The notes beneath the pieces are model-generated. The model saw only the letters and a list, made by a program, of their open reading frames with translations. It had not been told where the DNA came from and made no database searches. The position numbers were made by a program, and so were the translations under genes. Shown here in pieces: positions 47,846-56,024 of a stretch of 63,605 bases of DNA (positions within the stretch are counted from its first letter, which is position 1; every line of letters begins with the position of its first letter). This DNA is from Solirubrobacterales bacterium (lineage in GTDB: Bacteria > Actinomycetota > Thermoleophilia > Solirubrobacterales > Thermoleophilaceae), in the NCBI GenBank assembly GCA_038202855.1, contig JBBREO010000001.1:1-63605 (forward strand), given 5' to 3'.

Positions 47846-48615
47846 AGGCGCGACGCCGGTCCTTCGTCGCGGTCGCCGGGATGGCCCTCTTGGCCGCGTT
47901 CGGCGCCTCCGACGCCCGCGCCGCGGGCGAGCCGGTCAACCGCCAGCCGCCCACGCTCAGCCAGTCCGGGACGACGCTGTCGACCACCGACGGCACCTGG
48001 GTGGGCGTCACGCGGCCCTTCTCCTACTCGTGGTTTCGCTGCGCCGACGCCAGCGTGGACAGCTGCCTGCAGGTGCCGGGACAGACCTCCAACACGTACG
48101 CCATCACCGGCCTGGACGCCGGCAACCGGATCCGCTCGCGGGTGACCGGCTCCAACCCCTTCGGCTCGACCAGCGCCTTCTCCGCCCCCACCGCCGCCTT
48201 CCCGGTCGCCGCGCCGGGTCCCGTACGCCCCACGGATCCAAGCACCCCCAGGGCGCCCGCCTCGCTTCCGCGCCTGTCGCCCTTCCCAGTGGTGGTGATC
48301 ACCGGCCGCACCCGCGGCGCGCACACGCGCATCACCGGGCTGCTGGTTCGCGGCCCGGCGGGGGCCAAGGTCGCCACGACTTGCAAGCTCCGCTGCCACG
48401 TGCGCGCACGGTCGACCACGATCGGCTCCACGCGGCGGGTGCGCCTGCACCGCGCCGAGCGGCTCTACCGCGCCGGGGCCGTGCTGGAGTTGCGCGTGAC
48501 CGGCCGCGGCCGGGTGGGCAAGTACACCCGGCTTCGCATCCGGGACGGGCTGGCGCCGGCGCGGATGGACCGCTGCCTGCGACCGGGCTCGACCGCGCCC
48601 GTGCGCTGCTCCTAG
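47842..48615 (+). CDS. Secreted paralogue: signal peptide, one Ig-like repeat, a Pro-rich linker and the same C-terminal domain
   Basis: The GTG start overlaps the previous stop (GTGA). It shares the motifs YSWFRC, LSPFPVVVITGR, GKYTRLRIR and DRCLRPGSTAPVRC with the preceding gene. Confidence 0.75.
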   Translation: MKARRRSFVAVAGMALLAAFGASDARAAGEPVNRQPPTLSQSGTTLSTTDGTWVGVTRPFSYSWFRCADASVDSCLQVPGQTSNTYAITGLDAGNRIRSRVTGSNPFGSTSAFSAPTAAFPVAAPGPVRPTDPSTPRAPASLPRLSPFPVVVITGRTRGAHTRITGLLVRGPAGAKVATTCKLRCHVRARSTTIGSTRRVRLHRAERLYRAGAVLELRVTGRGRVGKYTRLRIRDGLAPARMDRCLRPGSTAPVRCS

Positions 48616-49688
48616 CGCTCCGCCGCCAGCTCCAGTAGCTCGTCGGCCACCCGACGGGCCGCGTCCGGGCGCGCCGCGTCGGCCGCCGCACGGCCCATGG
48701 CCGCCATGCGATCGGGGGCGCCCAGCAGGGCCGCCACCTCGCGGGCCAGCCGGGGACCGTCGAGCTCGGCGTCGAGCACCACCACGGCCGCGCCGGCCCG
48801 CTCCATGTGGCGCGCGTTGAGCGTCTGGTGGTCGGCGCTGGCGTGCGGGTAGGGCACGAGGATCGACGGCAGCCCCGCTGCGGCCACCTCCAGGACCGAT
48901 CCCCCCGAGCGGGCCACCACCAGGTCGGCCGCGGCCAGCGCATCGGCAAACGGATCGATGTAATCGTGCAGGTGGTAGTGGGGCGGCGAGCCGAGCGCGG
49001 CCAGGCGCGCGGCCAGCTCCGCGTGGTCGCGGCGCCCGCTCGCGTGCAGCACGACGAACGGCGCATCCGCCCCGAATGCCTCGACCGCCGCGTCGTTGAC
49101 CCGCCTGGCGCCCAGCGATCCGCCGAACACCAGCACGCAGCGCTCCTCGGCGCCGATCCCGAACCGCTCGCGGGCGCCGGCCCGATCGGCGTGACCGGTC
49201 ACCGCGGGACTGGGCCGACCGATGACCTCGTAGCGCTCCCCCCCTCGTCCCTCGATCGGGAAGGCGAGGAAGACCCGTCGAGCGAAGCGCGCCAGCAGCC
49301 GGTTGGTGATGCCCAGGTGGCTGTCGGCCTCGGTGGCGACCACCGGAAGTCCCAGCGACCGGGCCGCGACCCCCACCGGGGCCGCCACGTAGCCGCCCCC
49401 GCCCATCACCGCGTCGGCGCCCAGCTCGCGCAGCAGCCGGCGCGCGCGTACGGTCGCGGTGGCGGCCAGCCCCACCGCGCGGGCGGCGCGCAGGGGGTTG
49501 CGGCGGTCGATGCCCGCCACGCGCAGCTCGTGGAACGGGTAGCCCGCGGCGGGGACCAGCTCGGCCTCGGCCCGCTCGCCGCCCGCGAACTCGACTCGGG
49601 CGCCGCTAGCCCGCAGCTCGGCCGCGACGGCCAGTGCCGGCACCACGTGCCCGGCCGTCCCGCCGGCCGCGATCACGATCGTCGGCAC
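48612..49688 (-). CDS. murG: UDP-GlcNAc:lipid I GlcNAc transferase
   Basis: It has an N-terminal AAGGTAGHVVPALAV motif and a GT28 C-terminal domain. The start is GTG. Confidence 0.92.
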   Translation of the reverse strand: MPTIVIAAGGTAGHVVPALAVAAELRASGARVEFAGGERAEAELVPAAGYPFHELRVAGIDRRNPLRAARAVGLAATATVRARRLLRELGADAVMGGGGYVAAPVGVAARSLGLPVVATEADSHLGITNRLLARFARRVFLAFPIEGRGGERYEVIGRPSPAVTGHADRAGARERFGIGAEERCVLVFGGSLGARRVNDAAVEAFGADAPFVVLHASGRRDHAELAARLAALGSPPHYHLHDYIDPFADALAAADLVVARSGGSVLEVAAAGLPSILVPYPHASADHQTLNARHMERAGAAVVVLDAELDGPRLAREVAALLGAPDRMAAMGRAAADAARPDAARRVADELLELAAER

Positions 49689-50880
49689 GCGCGCCTCCCT
49701 CCACCGACTGCAGCCGCGGCTTGCGCTGGGCGATCCCGCCCGTGGCGGCCACGTTGAGCAACAGCCCCATCCCCGCGAGCAGCACGATCAGGTTGGTGGA
49801 GCCGTAGGAGATGAACGGCAAAGGCACCCCGGTGAGCGGGGCCATGCCCAGCACTGCGAAGAAGTTGAGCGTGGCCTGGCACAGGATGAGCGAGGTGATT
49901 CCGGTGGCCAGCAGCTTGGAGTAGCGATCGCGCGCGGCCTTGGCGGCGCGCAGGCCGGCGTAGCCGATCATGCCGTAGAGAACCGCCACGCCGGTCATGC
50001 CCACCACGCCCAGCTCCTCGCCGATGATCGCCAGGATCATGTCCGTGTGAGCCTCGGGCAGGTAGAAGATCTTCTGCACCGACTCCCCCAGGCCCACGCC
50101 GAACAGGCCGCCCGAGCCGATCGCCGTGAGCGCCTGGACGGCCTGGAAGCCGGTGTCCCCCGCGTCCTTGAAGGGGTGGATGAACGCCGTCAGGCGCGCC
50201 ATCCGGTAGGGCTCGACCACGGCCAGCAGCCCGGCGATCGCGGCCAGCGAGCCGGCCAGCACGCCCAGGTGGCGCATCGGCGTGCCGGCGGCCACCAGCA
50301 GCGCGCCCATGGAGAAGCAGATGACCATCGCCGTGCCCATGTCCGGTTGCTTGAGAAGCAGCACGCAGGCCGCGCCCACCACGAGCAGCAGCGGCTTGCA
50401 CAGCGTGCCCATCGCCTTCACCGACTCCGGCCGATCGGCCAGCAGGTGCGCTGCGTAGAGCACCATCGACACCTTCAACAGCTCGGAGGGCTGGAACTGC
50501 AGCGGCCCGGCCCCCAGCCAGCGCGTCGCGCCGTTCACGGTCACGCCGATGCCGGGCAGCATCACCGCCACCGTCAGGACGAACGAGGCGCCGAGCAGCA
50601 TCGGCGTGGCCCGGCGCACGACGGCCAGGCCGTGGCGCGAGAGGTAGTGCAGGGCGAGCAGGCCGATCAGGCCCAGGAAGACGTAGCGCTTGAGGAACGC
50701 GGCCGGGTCGCCTCCCGCCCCCTGCAGCAGCGACTCCGCCGAGCTTGACGAATAGACCATCACCGCCCCCACCGCCAGCGTGCACAGCGTCGCGGTGTAG
50801 AGAATCGAGTACTCGATCGGGCGCTTTGGCCGCGGCCCGCCGCTGCCGAACCGAAATGACGAGCGACTCGGCGGCGGCAT
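49606..50880 (-). CDS. ftsW: Peptidoglycan glycosyltransferase FtsW (SEDS family)
   Basis: It has ten TM helices and the motifs KPLLLV, QPDMGT and LPFISYGSTN. Its Arg/Gly-rich tail overlaps the murG 5' end by 83 nt. Confidence 0.92.
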   Translation of the reverse strand: MPPPSRSSFRFGSGGPRPKRPIEYSILYTATLCTLAVGAVMVYSSSSAESLLQGAGGDPAAFLKRYVFLGLIGLLALHYLSRHGLAVVRRATPMLLGASFVLTVAVMLPGIGVTVNGATRWLGAGPLQFQPSELLKVSMVLYAAHLLADRPESVKAMGTLCKPLLLVVGAACVLLLKQPDMGTAMVICFSMGALLVAAGTPMRHLGVLAGSLAAIAGLLAVVEPYRMARLTAFIHPFKDAGDTGFQAVQALTAIGSGGLFGVGLGESVQKIFYLPEAHTDMILAIIGEELGVVGMTGVAVLYGMIGYAGLRAAKAARDRYSKLLATGITSLILCQATLNFFAVLGMAPLTGVPLPFISYGSTNLIVLLAGMGLLLNVAATGGIAQRKPRLQSVEGGARADDRDRGRRDGRARGAGTGRRGRAAG

Positions 50881-50910
50881 CAGGGGCTCTTTCGACGCCC
50901 CGGGCGCGAA

Positions 50911-52209
50911 TCATCCAAGGTCCGCCACGAGCTCCCCGAAGCGTCGCCCGCGGTGCTCGTAGTCCTGGAAGGCGTCGAAGCTGGCGCAGGCCGGCGAGAG
51001 GAGCACCACCTCCCCGGAGACGGCGGCGGCGGCGGCCAGCGCGACCGCGTGATCCAGCGTCTCGGCCCGCACCAGCGGAACTGTCGCGTCCAGGTCGGAC
51101 GCCAGCTGGTCGGCGGCCGGGCCGATCAGGTAGGCCGCGCGACAGCGCTCGGCCACGGCGGGGCGAAGCGCCCGGAAGTCACCCCCCTTCAGGCTGCCGC
51201 CTAGGATCACGTGGACGCCGTCGGGGAAGGCCTCGATGCCCCGCAGCGCCGACGCCGGGTTGGTGGCCTTCGAGTCGTTCACGTACAGCACCCCGGCACG
51301 GGTGGCCACCTCCTCGAGGCGGTGGGGCACGCCCGCGAAGGTGGACAGGCCCTCGACCACCGCCGCGGCGGGCAGCTCGAGGCTGAGCGCCACCGCGGCC
51401 GCGCCCAGCGCGTTGTCCACGTTGTGGGCGCCGCGCAGGCTCAGGTCGGCCACCGCCATCAGCGGCTCCCCGCGCCAGCGCAGGGCGCCGTCGCGCGCGT
51501 CCATGTCCGCGCCCGTAGGCCCGAATGTGATCCGCCGGGCGTGGCCGGGGAGGTCGAACTCCGGTGGGGCCACCGCGACGGCCTCGGCGTCCTGGTTCGC
51601 GAATGCGCGCAGCTTCGCCTCGGTGTAGGCCTCCAGCGTGCCGTGGCGGTCGAGGTGGTCCTCTTCCACGTTGAGCAGCAGCGCGGCCTCGGGGGCAAAG
51701 GAGGATGTGTCCTCGAGCTGGAAGGACGACGCCTCGCAGATCACGGTGGCGCCCGGCTGGACGACGTCGACCAGCGCCGCCACCGGCCGGCCGACGTTCC
51801 CGGCCACCTCCGCCCGTCGCCCCGCCGCCCGCCAGATCGCGCCCAGCAGCTCGACCGTGGTTGTCTTGCCGTTGGTGCCGGTCACGGCCACGAACGGGTT
51901 GAGGGGCAGGCAGCGCCAGGCCAGCTCGAGCTCGCCGGTGACCTCCAGGCCCCGCCGCACCGCCTCCTCGATCACCGGCGCGCTCCAGGGCACGCCGGGG
52001 CTCTTGACCACGGTGGCCACCCGGTCGAGCAGGTCGACCCCGTCGGATCCGGCGTGCACCTCGAAGGGCGGGTCGTCCAGCTCGGGCGCCCCCAGGTCGA
52101 CTCCGATCACCTCCCCGTGGGTGGCCAGCATCTCCGCCGCGGCGAGCCCCGACCGCGCCAGCCCTACGACCAGGTAGGGACCGGGCGGAAGTGGCGGGCG
52201 GTCAGGCAA
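50911..52209 (-). CDS. murD: UDP-N-acetylmuramoylalanine--D-glutamate ligase
   Basis: It has GLARSG, the GTNGKTTT P-loop and NDSKATN. Confidence 0.92.
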   Translation of the reverse strand: MPDRPPLPPGPYLVVGLARSGLAAAEMLATHGEVIGVDLGAPELDDPPFEVHAGSDGVDLLDRVATVVKSPGVPWSAPVIEEAVRRGLEVTGELELAWRCLPLNPFVAVTGTNGKTTTVELLGAIWRAAGRRAEVAGNVGRPVAALVDVVQPGATVICEASSFQLEDTSSFAPEAALLLNVEEDHLDRHGTLEAYTEAKLRAFANQDAEAVAVAPPEFDLPGHARRITFGPTGADMDARDGALRWRGEPLMAVADLSLRGAHNVDNALGAAAVALSLELPAAAVVEGLSTFAGVPHRLEEVATRAGVLYVNDSKATNPASALRGIEAFPDGVHVILGGSLKGGDFRALRPAVAERCRAAYLIGPAADQLASDLDATVPLVRAETLDHAVALAAAAAVSGEVVLLSPACASFDAFQDYEHRGRRFGELVADLG

Positions 52210-53176
52210 TGGACTGCTGATACAGGGTGAAGCCGATCGCCGAGCAGATCGCGGCGACGATCCAGAAGCGCAGGATGATCTTGGTCTCCGACCAGGCCAT
52301 CATCTCGAAGTGGTGGTGGATCGGGGCCATCAGGAACACCCGCCGCCGGAAGCGCTGGAAGGCGAACACCTGGATCAGAACGGACAGCGCCTCGATCACG
52401 AAGATGCCGCCGATCAGCAGGAGCAGCACCTCGGTCTTGGTCATCACGGCCAGGCCGGCGATGGCGCCGCCCAGGCCCAGGGAGCCCGTGTCGCCCATGA
52501 ACACCGAGGCGGGGAACGAGTTGAACCACAAGAAGCCCACGCACGCCCCGACGAGGCACGCGCACAGCAGCGCGAGGTCTGTCTGGCCGGGCCCGGCGGT
52601 GATGAAGGTCATGGCCGTGAAGGCCAGCAGCACGATCGCGCAGCAGCCGGCGGCCAGGCCGTCCAGGCCGTCGGTGAGGTTCACCCCGTTGGTGGCGCCC
52701 ATCAGCACCAGCAGGATCAGCACGGGGTAGAAGTAGCCCAGGTCCACCGAGGCGTCGACCACCCGTAGCCGCAGCGTGTCGGACAGCCCGACGTAGCGCG
52801 TGGCCACCAGCCATAGCGCGATCGCGATCAGCGCCTGCGCGGCCAGCTTGGTCCGCCCCGACACCCCCAGCGAGCGCTTCTTGCGCACCTTGGCCAGATC
52901 GTCGGCCAGGCCCAGGCCGGCGGTGGCGAGAGCTGTGCCGAACACGGCCAGGCTCACCGCCCGGTAGTCGGTGAGGATCAGGAAGGGCACCGACACGGCG
53001 ACGAAGATCACGATGCCGCCCATCGTCGGCGTGCCCGCCTTCTCGTGGTGTCCCTCGGGGCCCTCCTCGCGGATGTGCTGGCCGAACTCCTGCGCGCGCA
53101 GCCAGGAGATGAACTCCGGGCCGAGGAACATGCAGATGAGCAGGGAGGCCACGCCCCCGATCAGGATCTCGCCCAC
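52202..53176 (-). CDS. mraY: Phospho-N-acetylmuramoyl-pentapeptide transferase
   Basis: It has KAGTPTMGG, NLTDGLDGLA, MGDTGSL and the APIHHHFE region. I trimmed it to the GTG at 53176, which shares one base with the murF TAG. Confidence 0.95.
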   Translation of the reverse strand: MGEILIGGVASLLICMFLGPEFISWLRAQEFGQHIREEGPEGHHEKAGTPTMGGIVIFVAVSVPFLILTDYRAVSLAVFGTALATAGLGLADDLAKVRKKRSLGVSGRTKLAAQALIAIALWLVATRYVGLSDTLRLRVVDASVDLGYFYPVLILLVLMGATNGVNLTDGLDGLAAGCCAIVLLAFTAMTFITAGPGQTDLALLCACLVGACVGFLWFNSFPASVFMGDTGSLGLGGAIAGLAVMTKTEVLLLLIGGIFVIEALSVLIQVFAFQRFRRRVFLMAPIHHHFEMMAWSETKIILRFWIVAAICSAIGFTLYQQSIA

Positions 53177-54498
53177 TACGCCAGCACCCTCTCGAGCCCC
53201 ACCGAGCGCGAGCCCTTGATCAGCACGCGATCGCCCGGCAGCGCCACCTCGGACAGCAGCGCGCCCGCCTCCTCGGGCTCGGCCGTCGAGTAGGACTCGC
53301 CGTCGAAGGCGTCGGCGTACGCGGTGGCGGGCTCGCCCACGGTGATCAGGACGTCGATGCCAAGCTCCGCGACCTCGCGGCCGATCTCGCGGTGGAAGCG
53401 CTGCGAGTCGGGGCCCAGCTCCGCCATCGTGCCGAGCACCGCCACGCGCCGGTCGGCGGGCGTCTCGGCGAGGTGCATGAGAGCCGCCCGCATCGACATC
53501 GGGTTGGCGTTGTAGCAGTCGTTGACGACCGTCACCCCGCCGCCGAGCTCCACCACCTCGCCGCGCATGGCCGAGAAGGCGGGTTCCACGCGCCCACCGG
53601 GGGTCACCCCGGCGGCCTGCGCGGCGGCCACGGCGGCGAGCGTGTTGAGCAGGTTGTGCGGCTCGGAGTAGACGAGCTCGAGGGTCACGAGCTCGCCGCG
53701 GGCGTCGATCTCGGCGCGGCCGGAGCCGTCGATCGAGCGCAGGCTCACCTGGCCGCCGGGACCGAAGGTGATCGTGTCCAGGTCGGCGCGCAGGTGCGAG
53801 TCCAGCAGCGACTCCGCGGCGGGCACCACGCACGCAGCGCCCGGAGCCAGGTCGCGCACGAGCTCGGCCTTGGCCGCGGCAACCCGCTCGACCGTGCCCA
53901 GCAGCTCGAGGTGAACGGGGCCCACGTTCACGATCACGCCCACGTCGGGCTCGGCGATGGCGGTCAGCTCGGCGATCTGGCCCTCGCCGCGCATCGCCAT
54001 CTCGAGCACGAGCACCTCCGTCGCCGGGGGTGCCGCGAGGATCGTGAGCGGCAGCCCGATCTCCGTGTTCAGGTTCTCGAGGTTGAAGTGGGTCCGCCGG
54101 TGGGGCGCAAGCAGCGCGGCGAGGATGTCCTTGGTCGAGGTCTTGCCCGTCGAGCCGGTGACCCCGATCACGGTGGCTCCGAGCTCGTGGCGCCAGGCGC
54201 GGGCGAGCGCCTGGAGAGCGGCCAGCGGATCCTCGGCGGCGAGGACCATGCCCCCGTCGGCGGCGGCGCGCTCGGCGTGCTCGGGCGCCACCAGCACCCC
54301 CCAGGCGCCGGCGTCGAGGGCGTCGGAGGCGAAGCGCCCGCCGTCCACCCGATCGCCCCGCAACCCCACGAACAGGTCGCCGGCGCCGGCGAGGCGGGTG
54401 TCGATCTCGGCCTTCCGCGGCCCCGCGGTCGAGGGCTCACCGGTCACGATAGTCGCGCCCGCCGCGCGCGCGACCCATTCCGCGTCTCGCTCCCTCAC
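53176..54498 (-). CDS. murF: UDP-MurNAc-tripeptide--D-alanyl-D-alanine ligase
   Basis: It has the GVTGSTGKTSTK P-loop and DCYNANP. I trimmed it to the GTG at 54498, which overlaps the murE stop. Confidence 0.9.
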   Translation of the reverse strand: MRERDAEWVARAAGATIVTGEPSTAGPRKAEIDTRLAGAGDLFVGLRGDRVDGGRFASDALDAGAWGVLVAPEHAERAAADGGMVLAAEDPLAALQALARAWRHELGATVIGVTGSTGKTSTKDILAALLAPHRRTHFNLENLNTEIGLPLTILAAPPATEVLVLEMAMRGEGQIAELTAIAEPDVGVIVNVGPVHLELLGTVERVAAAKAELVRDLAPGAACVVPAAESLLDSHLRADLDTITFGPGGQVSLRSIDGSGRAEIDARGELVTLELVYSEPHNLLNTLAAVAAAQAAGVTPGGRVEPAFSAMRGEVVELGGGVTVVNDCYNANPMSMRAALMHLAETPADRRVAVLGTMAELGPDSQRFHREIGREVAELGIDVLITVGEPATAYADAFDGESYSTAEPEEAGALLSEVALPGDRVLIKGSRSVGLERVLA

Positions 54499-55910
54499 GC
54501 GCGCGCCCTCAGCGCCTCGCGCGCCACCTGCACGTCGTCGAAGGGCTCCTTGCGACCGCCCTCGAACTCCTGGCCCTGCTCGTGCCCCTTGCCGGCGATC
54601 ACCACCACGTCGCCCGCCTGCGCCGACTGCACGGCCAGGGCGATCGCCCGCCGCCGATCCACCTCGCGGTGGGCGTCCGGGCCCGCCCCCTCCATCACCT
54701 GGTCGACGATGGCGTCGGGGTCCTCGGAGCGCGGGTTGTCGGAGGTCACGATCAGGCGGTCGGCGTTCTGGGCGGCGGCCCGGCCCATCAGCGGTCGCTT
54801 GGCCCGGTCGCGGTCGCCGCCGGCGCCGAAGACCACGTGGACGGCGCCCCGACACACCTCGCGGGCGGCCCGTAGCACGTTCTCCAGCGAGTCGGGTGTG
54901 TGCGCGTAGTCGACCAGCACGCCGAAGGGCTGGCCCTCCTCGACCGGCTCGAAGCGACCCGGCACGCGCCCGGCTGCGGCCAGCGCCGCGACGGCCACCG
55001 AGGCCTCGACCCCAATCAGCCGGGCGGCGGCGAAGGCGGCCAGGGCATTGGACACGTTGAACAGCCCGGGCAGGCGGGTGGTGAGCGCCAGTGGTCCGTC
55101 CGGGGTGTCGGCGGTGAACGCGGCGCCGGTCACGTCGAAGGAGACGTCGCGGGCGCGGAAGTCCCCGCCGTCGAGGCCGAAGGTCGTGGCATCGCCCAGC
55201 TCGGCGGCCAGGCGCCGGCCGTAGGCATCGTCGGCGTTGACCACCGCCGGACCGGGACGGTCGAACAGGCGCCGCTTGGCCAGGAAGTAGGCCTCCATGT
55301 CCGGGTGGAAGTCGAGGTGGTCCTGGGTCAGGTTGGTGAACACCTTTACCGCGAAGTCGGTCCCTTCCGCGCGGCCCAACTCGAGCGCGTGGGAGGACAC
55401 CTCCATCGCACAGGCCCGATCACCGGCTGCGAGCATCCGGACGAACGTGGCCTGCAGATCGATCGCCTCGGCCGTGGTGCGCACGGCCTCCTCCTCCACC
55501 CCCCCCACGACCTGCTTGACCGTGCCCAGCAGGCCGGTCTGCAGCCCGGCGCGCTCGAGCACCTCGCGCAGGAGGAAGGCGGTCGTGGTCTTGCCGTTGG
55601 TGCCGGTGATCCCGGCCACCCGCAGCTCGGCCGTTGGGTGGCCGTAGAAGCGGGCGGCGGCGGGGCCCATGGCCGCGCGGACGTCGTCGAGCACCACCTC
55701 GGGCACGCCGAGTCCCAGCGGGCGCTGGCACACGAGCGCCGCGGCGCCGCGCGCGACGGCATCGGGGGCGAAGTCGTGGCCGTCGCTGGTGAACCCGGGC
55801 ACGCAGAAGAAGAGCGTCCCCTCGGAGACGCTCCTGCTCGAGTACGCCAGCCCCGTGACCTCGACCTCGGGGGCCCCATTCCCCATCAGGTCGCGAAGGG
55901 TCATGGTCAC
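54495..55910 (-). CDS. murE: UDP-MurNAc-L-Ala-D-Glu--2,6-diaminopimelate ligase
   Basis: It has the GITGTNGKTTT P-loop, DYAHTPDS and the DNPR motif. The start is GTG 55910 or ATG 55904. Confidence 0.93.
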   Translation of the reverse strand: MTMTLRDLMGNGAPEVEVTGLAYSSRSVSEGTLFFCVPGFTSDGHDFAPDAVARGAAALVCQRPLGLGVPEVVLDDVRAAMGPAAARFYGHPTAELRVAGITGTNGKTTTAFLLREVLERAGLQTGLLGTVKQVVGGVEEEAVRTTAEAIDLQATFVRMLAAGDRACAMEVSSHALELGRAEGTDFAVKVFTNLTQDHLDFHPDMEAYFLAKRRLFDRPGPAVVNADDAYGRRLAAELGDATTFGLDGGDFRARDVSFDVTGAAFTADTPDGPLALTTRLPGLFNVSNALAAFAAARLIGVEASVAVAALAAAGRVPGRFEPVEEGQPFGVLVDYAHTPDSLENVLRAAREVCRGAVHVVFGAGGDRDRAKRPLMGRAAAQNADRLIVTSDNPRSEDPDAIVDQVMEGAGPDAHREVDRRRAIALAVQSAQAGDVVVIAGKGHEQGQEFEGGRKEPFDDVQVAREALRARA

Positions 55911-55996
55911 CCGAAGGATGCCATAGACGGAATCGGCATCCCTGCCGATCCGTACACGGCGGCGCTCCGCCGACCGGCCACGGTCACGGGCCGTTC

Positions 55997-56024
55997 ACGG
56001 GATAGCCATGGATGGCTATCCCGT
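55997..56024. terminator. Perfect 13-bp-stem palindrome spanning the ftsI stop codon
   Basis: The sequence is ACGGGATAGCCAT-GG-ATGGCTATCCCGT. The ftsI TAG (56016-56018) lies in the right arm. The element is AT-rich relative to its surroundings. Confidence 0.6.

Noticed and set aside
49606-49688. The 83-nt ftsW/murG overlap as evidence of a frameshift or fusion
   Set aside because: The MurG N-terminal glycine-rich motif (AAGGTAGHV) requires the GTG at 49688. The FtsW tail in the overlap is a low-complexity Arg/Gly extension after the last TM helix. Both ORFs are intact, so this is probably a drifted stop codon rather than a pseudogene.
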